From Dipteris shenzhenensis (Eukaryota), in assembly GCA_047967505.1 (NCBI GenBank), contig CM106538.1: a stretch of DNA of 64,000 nt; one strand, 5' to 3'. The notes beneath the pieces were generated by a model. It was not told where the DNA came from, ran no database searches, and worked only from the letters and a program-made list of their open reading frames with translations. The translations under genes were made by a program, and so were the position numbers. This document shows, in pieces, positions 36,541 to 50,900 of this stretch; position 1 is the first letter of the stretch, and each line of letters opens with the position of its first letter.

Positions 36541-38990
36541 CAACCAAGAGCTAAGCTCTTGGTACACAAGGCTACATCAATGATGTCTCTTGAGCAGTAC
36601 ATCCTATCTATCCTTGCTTTCCTGTGGAAAGAACCCGTCTAATTGTTGGTCCATGTGAAAGAGGTGTCTTCAAAGATGTTAATGAGCACTACAAAGTCTT
36701 TGAGTACAGAGGAGAGCTCCCTGCCTCTTAGAGTGTTACCTAGGTCATTCCATCCGTCCCTATAGGATTCTACCATATTGAAGTCCCCTAGAAGGATAGC
36801 ATTGTTTTGTAGTATCTTCCCATCCCAAAGGAGAGCTTGATCTCTCATGGAATTAGGGGGATACATGGAGAAAATCTGGCACCAAAGTTGAGTGTGGGAA
36901 AAGTCAACTCCAATCTTGGTAGCTCCAAAAAGAGTTAAGGGGCACGTAACTAACTCGACAAGGTGGTCAGCTACACCTAAAATAGCTTCACCTCTTCCTT
37001 CTTCATGAGTGGTGCAGAACCACTGCCTCTTGTTGTCAATTTGGCTGAGCTACCGCCATAGCTTATCCCCAGACACTTTGACCTCTTGAAGTGCTAAAAA
37101 GTCTAGTTTTAGGCAAGTTGTTTTTAACCATCTTTTAAGAATGGCAGGCTTGAGGTCGTTTGTCAAGCCTTGTACATTGATGCTAGGAAAAGAAAAGTTT
37201 TCTTGCTTCATTGCAGAGTGTTTTTGTTTCTCTTCTTCTTAAAGCTTACTGGAATGTTCTTAGAAGAAAGAGTGAAGCCTCTCAACATCCTCCTTTTTTC
37301 CCTTTCAATTGACTTGATTTCCTTTCCCCTATCATTTTATCTCATCCACTTGAGCCTTAGCCTTCCCTAACCTTGTTGCTTTTTTGCCTTTGACAATAGT
37401 GAAGGGAGGACCCTCTTTGTTCGCTGACTCGTGCTCTACCTGCTCCATTTGTGCCTCGAAGTCTTGGGTGGCAACCACAAATTCTTCCTCACCTAAACTA
37501 TCTTCCATCTATTCTTCCCTTTTATTATAAATATCTTTGCTTTTCCCCTCAGTCTCGGCCCTTGGGCTCTCAAGAGTTGGCTGAGCCTCCTTTTGTTCCA
37601 TGGCAGGAGGGGGAACCGAGAGCTTAGTAGGATTCTAAGTGTACATGGTTTCCTAGGGGTCCTATTGGCCCGTGTGTAGTTTTTCTTTTTTTCGATTGTT
37701 TTTGGATGGGGAGTCCTTGATAAAGTGCCCCCCCATACTACAGAGGAAGCATGAGTTAAGAATGTTCTTTAAAAATACTTTTTGGATCAACTCAGCTCTG
37801 TCCCAATCAAGGATACGGATGGCACTAGGAGGGTTGGAAGCAAGGTCCATCAAGACACAAGCTTGAGGGTTACCTCGAGGGCTCATAAACTTTTCAATTT
37901 CCACACCGAAGAACTAGCCAAGCAGCACACAAAGAGTCTCTATTTGAGCAAAAAGAGATAGCCATAAATCAGGGAATTCCACCCAAATGGGGGCCTTAGA
38001 CGGAGGCGGGGAATTAGGACTATAAGAGGGCTCCCAAAGCTGGACTAATAGAGGCTGATTTCTAATAGTCCATGTCCCTTTTGGAACTACTTCTATCACC
38101 ATCTCCGGTATTTCGAAGATGAATACTATGTACCCATTCCTAAGGAATCAAATGGTTATGATAGCCAAGCCTTTAAGCGACCAAAACTTTCAAACCCAAC
38201 CTTCTAGGAAAAGAGTAGGTGGCCTTGGGCCGTGAAGATATTCTACAACAAGCAAGAACAGAGCCATTTCATAGTTTTGTTAAGAAGTCCGTTGTGTCCT
38301 TTGACTATTGGGATCCTACCTTTGAGAGGCTCTACAGCCTTTGAAGTGTTTGGATCAACAACGGCAGGGAGCTTTGCTGGTTTTGAGGCAAAAGAGGGCG
38401 GGGTGCCACTGAAGATTCTCTTGGCTCATAAGCAAGAGCTACTCCTAGGCTGATTGTCTCGGCATCAACAAAGCCTTGAGAAGGATTCTACCTCCTCCAC
38501 TGACAGCACCAACATAGGTGCTCTTTTGTAGCTCCTGCATGGGGTTCCCCTTCAGGACCTGGTGCATTGCAAACTCGAGGGATCCATTGGTTCATTGATC
38601 CTTTGCCGCAAGGAGATGAAGAGAGGTTTTTCTTTGCTCTGGCTGTTACTAGGAAGAGTACTGGACGGTGCAATTTTAAACTCAAAGAGAAACTTACGAA
38701 AAGTGTCTGGTTCTCTATCACCTTGTTTGAGTTGAAGAATGTCGCTTTCCTCCGAGTGAAGGGTGAATGGGGGGAGAGGGGTATCATGTTTATCATGGTC
38801 TAGATCTTGCAAGAGAAATCCGATGGACTACTCATGTCTATCTGATTAGACTCCAGATTGACGAGAACAAGACTAATGGGACGGGGACTGAGGGGATGGG
38901 ACGTGAGAGTTTTAGAGATACATTGCTTGATCTTTAACTTTTTTGGGGGGTTATAGGGTTATGGGTTTATGGGAGTTACTTGAACTGAGT
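36541..38990 (-). mobile_element. Decayed L1-type LINE: ORF1 and APE endonuclease, 3' part missing
   Basis: ORF1: GTWTIRNQPLLVQLWEP, APIWVEFPDL, CFLCSMGGHFIKDSP. Endonuclease: INVQGL, LALQEVK, LLGDFN, FTWTN, RIDRMY. Confidence 0.85.
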
Positions 38991-39319
38991 GAGGAAAGTA
39001 AGAGCACACCAAGCACAATGAATAATACAAGGCAGTTGGCATAATGGTCCAAGGTCTAGGAGATGTCTTGCATCACATTGTAGGGATCAAACATGCCAAC
39101 ACTAGCATGGGAGGAAAAAGACTTTGGAATTAAAACTAAAACCTCAAAGATGAATCTATTAATGCAATTTTTTCAATTGGATGAAAAAGAAGGAGATATA
39201 ATGACGGTTCATCTCAACAAATTCAAGACATTAATATGAAGAAGTAGATCAAAGAACATGAAGATGTAATTCTCAATAGCATCAACAAAAATTTGTATGA
39301 TACCATTGTATCCACACTT

Positions 39320-39940
39320 AAAAATGTTGATAAAACTGTAGAGGTGGAATTTCGAGGAAGTTAGGAGACCAAAGAATAGGGCGGCACGGTAGCTTAGAGT
39401 ACAATTCTATTGATCCCAATGGTGAAAAGGTGCCTAATGTGGGGAAGTTGTAGCGGGAAGTATTTTGAAAGTTAACAGTTGGATGTGGAGAAATTGATGT
39501 TGCAAGATTCAAGCAGAACTTGGAAAAATGGGATAGACTTGGAAGAGGTGGAAGAAGATGATGAGGAGGTGGCACTAGGATGTGGTGGAGGCTCAAGGAG
39601 GGTGGAAAGGCTCTGATACCACATGTTGGAGTAGCATGGAGACAAGATGGAGAGACCAAGATGACAAAAAGGGAGCGTTTATTCATGAGAGATATGCCTA
39701 ATATACAGGCACATGTTACATCCAAGAGTGACATCATATGTGAGCTCAAGAGAGCATCTCTAGATCCACAATTATCTCTCAATCATACACCACACTCCCA
39801 GATTCACTCATTCACACCTACTAATTGACACATCATTAGTTACACCTAACTAAGGCACACCTCCACACACCGTGTGCACATACTCACAACCATAGACCTT
39901 ATGACCCTAGGTATGATCCATTACATCAATTTGTCCTTCA
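39320..39940 (-). mobile_element. LTR family A (39624-39940) plus PBS and short internal stub
   Basis: Minus strand tgaaggac..ctccaaca followed by tgtggtatcagagc. Confidence 0.85.
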
Positions 39941-41374
39941 AATACTTGGGAATTATGCGAAAAAAGGCCATAGCAAACAAATGATTATACAAAGTGAAGT
40001 ACAATCCAGATGGAAGTATTCAAAGATACAAAGCCAGACTAGTTGTTGCAAAAGGATTTGCACAGCAATATGGTCAATATTATGATGAGACTTATGCTCC
40101 AGTAGCAAAAATGGATTCCATATGGTTCTTGATATCACTAGTGACACTTAGCAGATGGAATGTGTATCAGCTCAATGTCAAGAATCCATTTCTCAATGGT
40201 TATCGACACAAGGAAATCTACATGCAACCACCAGCAAGTTATGTTGAGGAGAATAAGGTTTGCCATCTCAAGGAAAGCCTCTATGGCTTAAAGCAAGCAC
40301 CCAAAGTTGGTACAGCAGAATTGACAAGTATTTTGCTGATCTGGGATACATGAAGTCCAATGCAGGTCATACTCTCTACTACAAAGTTCAAGCGAAAGAC
40401 ATTCCTATTGAACTTTTGTACATAGATGATCTGATTGTGACAGGAAGTAAGGATAGCTTCATTAGAAAGCTAAAACAAGACTTATTTACAGAGTTTGACA
40501 TCAAAGATCTTGGACTTATGCACTATTATCTTGGTATTGAGTTCTCAAGAGATTCATACAACACATTTATGAATCAGCTCAAGTATGTTGACAGTCTCCT
40601 AAAGAAGTTTCATACAGCAGATTGCAAGATTGCAGCCACTCCCATGGAATAGAGTTTGAAACTTGCAAAAGATTTAGAAAAGCCTACAATCAATGACAGG
40701 TACTCTAGGCAGCTCATTGGATCTCTTATATATTTGACTATCACACGGCCATATGTTTGTTATGCGGTAAGTTCACTAGCACATTTTATGGCCAAGAACA
40801 ATATACTATGATAATTAATCGGCTCAAGCATTGGCCAAGAATCTAGTATATCACTCTAAGACAAAGCACATTGATGTCAAAGAGCACTTCATCAGAGAAA
40901 GAGAGTTACTTGGTGACATCACACTGCAGCATTGTGATAGCAAAGAGAATGTTGCAGACATCTTTACCAAACCACTTAGTAAATAGCTTTTCGAGAAACA
41001 CCGACAAGCTCTTGGTTTGACACAGAGGAAGGACATGCCCATTACAGGGGTGTGATGGAATGTAATGTTCATTCCTTCTTCAATTTGCCAGAATCACCAT
41101 TTTGAGGGAAGGCGTACTCCATGATGTTGATCTTAAGGGAAGGTGTTGAGAGATCACGCTCAACATCATGTGATCATATGTGCATAGCACTAACACATAT
41201 AGAGTGCTATAAAGGAAAGGGTTAGATGCCCTAATTCTAACCCTAAATGGGTTTGTATATATGATGCATTTTCAACTAAATCTAGTGTACAGTTAGTCAT
41301 TTGTGGTGTGCTCTCTAGCTGTGCCCTCTCTCATCATCTCCACTCTTCTCCTCTCCCCTCTTCATATTTTGTCA
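39941..41374 (+). mobile_element. Copia 3' half: RT, partial RNase H, PPT, 3' LTR family B (41144-41374)
   Basis: RYKARLV, YGLKQAP, LYIDDLIVTG, KDLGLMHYYLGIE, TKHIDV, ADIFTKPL; PPT aagggaagg; TG..CA LTR. Confidence 0.9.
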
Positions 41375-41700
41375 TCTTTGTAGTCAATTGCCCTTTCTAT
41401 GTTGTGGCCTGGGTGAAGTGCTTGGGGTAGAGCAAGAGAACTTTATTAATCCTAGGGGTAATCCTCAAATTTGCATCAAGATGGATATAGTTGAGGAGAT
41501 GCCCAAGACTCTTACCATTCTTAATAGAAATGGAAGCATTTATAAGGAGCAACCCTTGACTTATAAGAATCTGCCAAATTCTTGTTTTCTGTGTGGTCTT
41601 TCCACTCATGTGGTCAAAAACTATCTGGAAGGCATCAATATGATTGACGAGATCGATGAAGATGAAGAGGATGAATACCTCAAGAACAATGCACATGTGG
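41375..41700 (+). mobile_element. LINE ORF1 fragment
   Basis: LGEVLGVE..PRGNPQICIKMD..YKNLPNSCFLCGLSTHVVKN, similar to ORF1 at 37662-37904. Confidence 0.75.
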
Positions 41701-42894
41701 TAGGTTTTTTAAAGGTGGATATGGTTCATATCATGGTGGACAAATATTTGTTTTTGCAACAAGAAATGGCCAAAACATTCCACAATTGGTGGTAGTAGTG
41801 ATGAGTTATTTTTTCCTGCACTTGGATAACACTTAGAGCTAGCTGCTGCCAAAATTTGAGCTCAATCCAACCACAAATGAGGGAGATATCACTGTTTCTT
41901 TGGCCGACTTTCGTGATGTAATGACGGATTACTGTGAGCACTATTTCACCCATCCTTTGTGCTGCTAGTAGGTCTCAGTAAGGGATCTCATTTCCACCCA
42001 AAATCCCCTTGGTTACTGCAGGATAGGTCAAATTTGATCCTCCAGTCTCTATTTGCTCAATTTGGGGGTTTCTCTCAAATCTCCTTCATGGCTGAAGCAT
42101 TGCAACTGGTTAGATGCTCAAAAGTTTCCTTGTTTATCATTTTTTACTTTTGCTCTTGATCATCTACCCATATGATGTCTTCTAACATCAATTCAAGATT
42201 GATCTTTGGGTTGCTGTCTAGTTTGACTATGTTTGATTATGTATATGTTTGGATGATGAGCTTCATTGACAACAATGATGTAGCCTATTTGATGCTTGAA
42301 GGTGACTTAGTGATGAATATAGTTTCTATCATGATAGTTGAAGTGTATTTACATTTGGATGATTGCACTATGCCATGCATTCATGAGCTTCTACATACAA
42401 GAGTAGACACTGCCCTTATTTTACTAACAAGTGGTAAGACCCTCTTCATATTTGATTTATGTGAAGGCATATGGGATGCAAGAAAGATCAAAGGGAAAAG
42501 GAGTTACAAGAAGGGCTCCACCAAGAACCTCTCCAATGACAATGTACCTCACACTATGGTAGCTTGGAAGAGAAGGAAGAAAAGGACAAGATATGCCATC
42601 AAAGGGGGGAATTTCCCCACATCTTCAAAGTAGATTTTTTTTTGTGTGTGTGGTCAATAAGGGTTCTATGCCTTGGGATGTCCCCCTCAAATGATTGTTA
42701 GTATTATGTTTTACCTTGCTGGATCTAAGGGTATTCCCATGCATAGTCATTGTCTATCTCCCAGTTGTAAACCAGTTGTAAACCAAGAGTCCTAGGAGTG
42801 TCACAGGTTTGGGGCCATGTGTGTTGCCACATGATGGTGGGCAAGCCATGGAGCATCCCATGTACTACTGCTGAGGGATGAGGTCATCAATTTG

Positions 42895-43224
42895 TGGGGG
42901 GGAATGAAGGACAAATTGATGTAAATGGGATCATACCTAGGGTCATAAGGTCTATGGTTGTGAGTGTGTGAACACATGGTGTGTGTAGGTGTGCCTGAGT
43001 TAGGTGTGACTGATGATGTGTCAATTAGTAGGTGTGAATGAGTGAATCTAGGATGTGGTGTGTGATTGAGAGATAATTGTGCATCTAGAGATGCTCTCTT
43101 GAGCTCACATATGATGTCACTCTTGAATGTAACTTGTGCCTATATATTGGGCATATCTCTCATGAATAAACTCTCCCTTTCCATCATCTTGGTCTCTCCA
43201 TCTTGTCTCCATGCTACTCCACCA
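42895..43224 (+). mobile_element. PPT plus 3' LTR of family A (42905-43224)
   Basis: G-run plus aa precedes tgaaggac; near-identical inverted copy of 39624-39940. Confidence 0.85.
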
Positions 43225-44590
43225 ATATTATTCTTTTACAAAGCATCCATTTCTTCATTCATACCAATTTGCCATTCTGGCTTGTCTACTGCATCTTCAA
43301 AGTACACTGGCTCTTCTGTAGCCATGATGGTAGTCATAAGAGCATAGTTGGTGGTTTCAACTTGAATTGCTTTGCCTTTCTGAGCATATGTCAATCTGGC
43401 TGGAGGTCTGCTTTCCCTAGTAGACCTTCTGAGCTATTGTGGCTCTGCTTGGGGTGTTTTTGACTTCCAAAGATGACTGTGAAATCGGTGTGTCTATCTC
43501 TTGAGCTACTGCTGGCTGGATCATCCAATGGTCTAGGTGTAGATCCATCGACATACTCCCATTTGACCTAAAGTACAAGAATGGTCTCCATTCGGTATTT
43601 CCATGAGTCGTAATTAGAGTTTTCTAACTTAGTAGATGCCTCCAAATTGAGGTTGCTAGTCGTAGACATGGTGCAAGAAATGTACTCAAATTGTCGTGAA
43701 AATCACTGCCGAATCAACTGCAAAACACTGACTGTAGCAAGTGAAATATGAACTATCGGTGAAGGTAGAACTGCAATATATATTCCGATCTGAATCACAA
43801 GGCCTGTGACAAATGATGCCAGGAATAGCCAAGAGGCTTTACAAGGCTGAAATGATGTGCACAATGCCGTAAAATAGCCGAATAGGCTTTACAATGATGG
43901 GATGTGTGTGTGAAATCAAATCATGTGCTATCTACCCATTGATCAATCGGTAATGTCTCTAAACACTCTAAAGTTTGCTCACTAAACTGATGAACGTCAG
44001 GTTTCAGGTAATGTGATGATGTGAAACCATATGTGAGCATAGGGACTAGGAACTAGTCAGGAATTTTGGGCATGGCTTAAATTAGCAACTTGGGGAAATT
44101 CAAAGCGTCCCCTCTATGGTGATCTACTCTACTCTGATCTAAATCTATACCAGCCGTCGATTGATGAATGAATAGCAAATAATTTCTTTTCTTTGGTTCT
44201 TTTTATGTGTTGGGTCAGATGCGTTGATGTCGAGGTTGATGTGAGTGTAGGAAGTGGATTTATCAGTGGCGAGGCTCAAAAGTGAGTGATACTTGCATTA
44301 AAATATGCAAGTGATGTGACGAGCGCATAGAGAATGAAAAATTGATCGTTTCACCTTTTTGTAGCTCCCTCAAATTCTTCCTGGATCAAGAGATACGCCT
44401 TGATCGAGGTGGAGGGGCAAAAAAGAGTGAAATGCGCAATGATGATGTGGCACTGTGAATAACATGCAGTGATGATGTGGCAGCTGTGCTTAGTAAGAGG
44501 TGTGCGTGTGGAGCAGTGATGAGTTGAAGTGGCACTGTTGACTGTGCTACAGTTAGGTAGCCATGGTCAGACCTAACCAGGGTTACATTA
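43225..44590 (-). mobile_element. Second copy of Copia family-B leader and gag N-terminus
   Basis: MSTTSNLNLEASTKLENSNYDSWKYRMETILVL*VKWEYVDG from 43649; leader aligns with 33575-34450. Confidence 0.85.
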
Positions 44591-44609
44591 ACCAAGATGA
44601 CATGGCAAT

Positions 44610-45118
44610 CTAGTAGTGGCAAAGAATCCTATGTTTCATGCTCACACGAAGCACATTGAGGTTCATTATCATTATGTCAAAGAGAAGTTGCATGCAGGGG
44701 AGATCAATATGATCTCTGTGTCAACACATGACAATGTTGCAGACATCTTCACCAAAGCACTTCCACGTGAGAAGTTCGAGGCATTTCGTAGTGCCCTAAA
44801 CTTATCTCCTTTTGGTGATTGATCACTACCTTGTAAACCACATTGGCACTGTAGGGGGGTGTTAGAATTATTATTATATTCTAGGCAGTGGCCAATGTAA
44901 TGTAATAAGCAGGTTAGGGGCACTTTCCATCCTAGAGGGTTTTCCCCCACAGTCTAATCTCTAACTACGATTAGTGATTAGATAGGGTTTTGTCACTTAG
45001 ACAAAACCCTCATCTCTTTCATTGTACTTCACTTTATTTCAGTACACTTTGGGAGTGACCTACGTTCAGCTCACTCTCCATCTTGCTCACTCTTGCTCTT
45101 GCTTCCCGTTTTCTCACA
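44610..45118 (+). mobile_element. Copia RNase H tail, PPT and LTR (about 44860-45118)
   Basis: NPMFHAHTKHIEVHYHYVKE..ADIFTKALP; G-rich PPT then tgttag..ctcaca. Confidence 0.8.
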
Positions 45119-46914
45119 TAACCCAACTGCCACGTGTTGCCTTGAGGACCAATCAGATAGAAGATAGGGCATGACAGAATCTGTGGAGATTCGTCAGAAT
45201 CTTTAGAAGATTTTGTTTGACAAAATTACTGAGGTGATGGTATTACGTTGTCATTGGTTGTCTTGTTTCATAGATGCATGTTGCTAAGGTTGTAGTGTGT
45301 CGAGGAAGCATGCCATCACTAAGGTTTTGCTTGATGAAGTCACTCGTGAGGCTTTTTGTGGAGCAAGCATGGTGGCTCTTGGTGGAGCTCCTAATGTCAA
45401 GGTCGGTTGATGGCTTGGTGAGATATGCTTGCTAGATGCGCTGTAGGAAGGAGCTGCCAGTGGAGTGTGGGTCGATGTAGATGTGTTGAGAGGCCATTGG
45501 TTGATGTCTGTGTGGTGTAGATGCTTGTAGCCATCGTTGTTGGAGCCCACTTGGAGCCATCGTGGCTAGTGGAGGTCCTTGAGTAGGTGTGTCTGAAGTT
45601 GTCGGGTGGCATAGAGCTTGGCTAAGTCGAAGATGGCAAGGCTTACAGGAGCCGTGTGCACTATTAAAGCTCTGTTCGGCAGGCAATCCATGGTCTCTAT
45701 GCAGCTAGGTCAAAAGGAGCTCGTAGGAGCTCTAAGGTTGGCTGAGTTGCATCTCCATATTGTAGGAGCTTGCTGGCTGTGTAGGGAGTTGATGGAAGTG
45801 GCTGTTGTGTTGGAGGCTTGAAGCGGTTGACTATGGGAGTTGCCTACGAGAGTAGCAAAGAGCTCATTGTGGACCTTAGGGCGTCAAAGTTGTTGAGAGT
45901 TGCTGCCAACATCAACAACACTGGCTGTAGACTTGTAGAGTTGCCACTAGGATTAGGCCCAGAGGAGTTGGCAAGGTTCTCAGAGTTGCTCGTAGGAGGA
46001 AGAGCACGTTAGAGCTTTATGTGTAGGTCTTAAGAGCTTTTCCCTCCTTCTCTCATGGAAACACATTGCAACACATTCCCTCCTTCTCCCCGCTTGTGAA
46101 AACACATTGCAACAATTCAGGAGCCACTTGAGTGCTCGTGCTTTGCATTTCTCTCATAAGGAGTAGCTTGGAGGTTCCATGGGCATTCCTTCAAGATCCC
46201 CACGACACGCGAGTCATCATTCAGACTACACACCTTTGGCGCTGTTGCCCAGGAGTTCAAGGTATGTTTTGCATTGCACTTGCTTTTTCTCATCATCTAC
46301 CCATTGCTCATTGCTTCAAGATTAACTATGAGCATTGATAGTGGAGTTGCAGGAGAGGAATGAGTGAAGAAGTGTGAGCTTAGAAGGGAAAAGAAGAAGC
46401 TATCATTTTCTGTTGGAAAGCATTTTGGATCATTTAGAGCTTTTTGTTGATGTCTTTTAGTGTTTTGAATTGATAAGAATATATTTTAGAGGATTGCTAA
46501 GTGTGTGTGATAGCAAACTCCAACAAAACACCCAAAAGTGATGCTTGAAGTGATTTTCGAAGTGGTTTTGGAAGGAGACACTATCACTTATTGCAAAACA
46601 CCCCATTTGTCATTCAAATGTTGTTTTTTGCATTGAGTATGTAGTTTATATCCCCATATTAAAAAAAAACAAAAAAAAACTTTAAAATAATCAAAAACCA
46701 ATTGGTGAAACTGCGAGCTCCTATCCTGCCGACCAGTCACCATAGTAGCTCGGTATCCTTCCGACCTGTTGCCTTAGTCCCTATCCCCCGTCGATTGACA
46801 CGTGTCAACCACCTAACCCATCTACCAAATTTATGGTCTGATAGGAGGGTTGAACCTATCCCTCTGACCATTGCCATCTGTCTATCACACTGACCGGAGC
46901 CATACTGATCATCC

Positions 46915-47275
46915 CATCGATCTACTATCCCACCGGGTCAGTGCTTTATTTCTATCCCATCGGGTTGGTGCTTTAACTCTATCCCATTGGGTTGGTGCTT
47001 TTACTCTATCCCGTTGGGTTGGTGCTTTAACTCTATCCCACTGGATTGGTGCTTTAACTCTATCTTGCCGGGTTGATGCTTTAACTCTATCCCACCAAGT
47101 CGATTCTTTAACTCTATCCCATCTGATCGATTCTTTAACTTTATCCTACTAGTCGGTGCCATAGCCCCTATCCCGTCGACCTGCTATCCCACTGGGTCGA
47201 CTCTTTAGTTCTATCCCACCAAGTCAATGCTATAGGTCTATCTCGCTCAGTTGGTGCTTTAGCTCTATCCCCCCA
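46915..47275. repeat. 27-bp minisatellite (tctatcccattgggttggtgctttaac-like), about 13 copies
   Basis: 9-aa periodicity in ORF 46871 (LSHWVGALT). Confidence 0.9.
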
Positions 47276-47499
47276 TTTGGAAGGATAGCTCGCCACAAGG
47301 GGCTGCCACCTCTTGACCCCACATCGAGGCAGACTCATCTGGAATTGGGGCCTCAACAGTGCCAATGAACACATGATCTTGTGATCAAGAAAAGTCCTAC
47401 AAGCTCACCCTGAGCCTAAAGATAGTGCCTCAAATACCATCTTGTCAACCTCCATACCTAGCTTGGCATCCTTAGGGTCAGCAAGCGCAAAAGTCAATT

Positions 47500-50400
47500 C
47501 TCATTCCTTGCAAGAACCACCACCAAGTGAATTATCTAGCTCGGAAGAATCCATTGGTCAAGACAGAGACATGGGTGAACCTCTTATGTTAGAGCCTTAG
47601 TGGCTCTGAAATCCATCCCAAATGATCTCCAATCTCCTACCCCATCTAGAGCAGCAACTAGATTAAGGAAAACCTTTTCCAATATCATGGTAAGGTTTGG
47701 ATTAATAGACCCAATAGAATTGCTAAACCCATTTGTTGGGCAAATAGATGATCATGTAGCTTAGCATCCCCTAGCCCTATTCAAATCTCTCAACATGGGA
47801 GATCGGGTCTCCTTCTCCTACAAACTTGGTGATTAGCTTAGAGATTATGATAGGCTTGCTCCTTGAGGGGTTGGTATCCTTCCTGGAAAAGCTGGATGTG
47901 GTGTTGTAGCCCCCCTTCCTAGCGCTTGCACTGGGATTCTCATAGCTTCATCTGTAAGGACCGTTTGTGATACAAGAGGTAGTTGTGTAATGGTGGGCCC
48001 TTACCCATACATTGGTGGTGGTCCTAATGAAGGGTTCCATGGATTTGATGGCAAAAGGTTGGGACGAGATGATCCAGCTAGGCATTTGCATTGTGGCTTG
48101 GGTCGGGTTGGGGTCTAACAGACTGGACTAAGGATCCTCTAGGGAGTGGTATGTTCCCTGTAGGCACAGACCTATAAGGGGCAATTGTTGGGTAGGGAAT
48201 ATTTTCCATGTTTTGTTGCCAAGGAGGAATCATAGGGGCTTCCAAGGCGGAGGGTCTTAATTGTGGGCCTTTGAGGTTACTCCTCTGCCCCCTTTGTTCT
48301 AGCATTTGGGACCCTTGTGAAAATCTGGGTCTATATCCATCCCTATAGGACTATCTATCATCAAAGAATTAATACGATGGGGGTTGATTGCCATTAGGTA
48401 TCATGGGAATTGGTTCCTTGAGTATTGCTTATGATATCGATGGTTGGGCCAACATTTGAGGCTCTATCATTGCCCTAGTGCAACCCCCATCTATTTCCAC
48501 AAAGAGATAACATAAGCGTGGGATATGCAATGGAAATCATTTCACGAAGGAGTGCCCTTGTCTTAGGGAAAGGCCAGCACTCTATTGTGCCCATTGGGAA
48601 AATCACAACACATCCCAATGTCGTTATCCTAGGGTAATTTCACAACCCATGTATCAACAAAGGCCGCATCTAACATTGGTTGCACCACCCAATCCTTCCA
48701 ATTAGGGACAATTGGCAATATCAGGAGCCACATCAACCAATCAAGGGCAATTTAGGGCTCGAAATATTCCAATACCCCCGCCAGTATTGAGACCTCAACC
48801 ACCACCACCACAAATTACTCCCTTGAATCCAGTATTGGTGGAAGAGCTACCTAGTGATTGGGGAGACCCCGAACCTCCCTTTAGTGGAAACAACTATACC
48901 TAATATGGCGACAATGCAAATTAATCCAACATTATAAGTCACTACATTATACAAGATGACCAATACATTTTGGTCTACCAGATGGCACCCATTCCTCAAA
49001 AAATGGGAGTTAGGAATAGCTTGACCAAGACAAAGCCCATTCAATGCCATGTGTGTCAAGGGCCACAACCAAGCCAATGAGCATCCATTTAAGGGACAAT
49101 CTAATCAGCAAATCACATGTGTACCAGCATCTAATACACCACCACCATTGTGCACGGGTGTGGTATGGGCTATCTTTTTAAGGATTTCTCAATGAGAAGG
49201 CCATCTAAGTCCACAAGCCTTAACTTGCTAAGCGTTGAGAGAGGCCAAGTCTCATCAGTATCCTTGAATGCAATCATGAGGTTGCAAGCTAAAGCTCTTA
49301 ATAAAGAGCTTTGCAAACCAGCAAAAAGGGATACGTCACAGCCTAGAGAGGGACCAAGGGTGTAACAAAGATTGGGAAGGGACACAATAAGGTCATCATC
49401 CAAGATGGGTCGGATGAAGACACGGCCTCCCTAGCAACATCATCTTCCTCTGGTGTTACTTTCTCAAACGATTGCAGCAACAAGCACCTGCATGAGGCAA
49501 ATGAGGGAACGATAAGGCCCTTAGCCCATGGCCAAGCCACAACACCTAAGGGTCACAGTGTCCCAACCCATGGGTGGAGAAACAATGTTTCAATGAGGCA
49601 CAAAAATTGGTATGCAAGTGCTAAGAGAAATGTGAGCAGAGGCTCAAGGCAAGCAAGAGTGCTAACACAATTCATCCAAGACATGAGATAATCCCTTGAA
49701 CCTCAAAAGCCTTGCAAATACCTACAAGGATAGATGAAGAAGGTGTGTCATGCCCTTCAACAGAGGGATCCACCCTAGTATATAGTGGATGTTTGAAGAA
49801 GACCCTGCCCTACAACACTTAAAAGAAGATGACGATAGTTCCTTTCATGGTTTTGAGGAGCTAGAATCAACTAGATTGGAGCCAACCATGGGGCCACAAG
49901 ACATTGCTGGTTTAGTCTCATTTCTATCCCCACAGAGGTGAACATGCCCATTGTGACACTACTCCAAGGTAACCCAACCCTTTAGAGAGACCTTTGTGAT
50001 TGGATGAATGGGCAAATAGTGACACCCCAACCCTCTAATCTTGAGAATGTTGAATCTCCCAAAATCAAGTAGAAGATCTTCTGAGAGTGCCAGTCAACAA
50101 ACTGGGCCAATAATTTGAGAGTAATGACATGAACACAGTGTTACCCATCTCCTTCCATGATTAGAAAGCTATGACAATCTCGGATGGAGAAGCAGGTGTT
50201 AGCATCATCTCACGAAACAATGTTGGGAAAAGTGGGGAAGTCTCGATTGAGAGAGTACTTCCTTGGTAGTTAAATTAGCTGATGATAGTTAAATTAACCG
50301 AGAGAGTACTTCCTTGTTGGTAGTTAAATTAGCTAAGAGAGTACTTCCTTGGTAGTTAAATTAGCTGCTGATGGAGGCACAACTTATCCCATAGGAGTAC

Positions 50401-50900
50401 TCAAAGACATTAAAATCAAAACTTTTGGTCTCACATATTGGGTGCCTTGTTGTAATGGATTTCCAAAACAACCTTGGGTATAAGGCTATTTTAGGGAGAC
50501 CTTTCTTGTGTATGGCAGGATTGGTCCATGATTGGCGCTCCAATAACATTTATCTAAGGAAAGATCAGCAAGTCATGAGGGTTGATCTCCAAACATGGAA
50601 GGATCACCCTATGTCTAGAAATCTATTTGCAATTGAATCTGATACCACCAATAGGTCTGTGCCAGTAAAGATGGTTAAAGCATATGAGAAATAGGACAAT
50701 GAGAAGAGTCTTGATGAATCTTGGTGTGCTCCTTTACCCAAACTAGAAGACTCACTAAATTGTATGCATACACTGGTAACCATATAGTCCCTCTTGCAAC
50801 CTCATGAATGTCACCCAACTAGAATACATCTTATCACACCCTCATCTTAACTAATACACCATTATGATAATGACCTCTTGAAATGAATTTGTCAAATAAA
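47500..50900 (+). mobile_element. Highly decayed, rearranged Gypsy-like gag-protease region
   Basis: Knuckle-like GICNGNHFTKECP (about 48520) and CHVCQG (about 49045); protease C-terminal motif YKAILGRPFL (about 50480); local triplication at 50250-50365. Confidence 0.55.

Noticed and set aside
42172-42633. 153-aa ORF as a host gene
   Set aside because: Lies in the 3' internal region before the family-A PPT and LTR; no recognisable domain.
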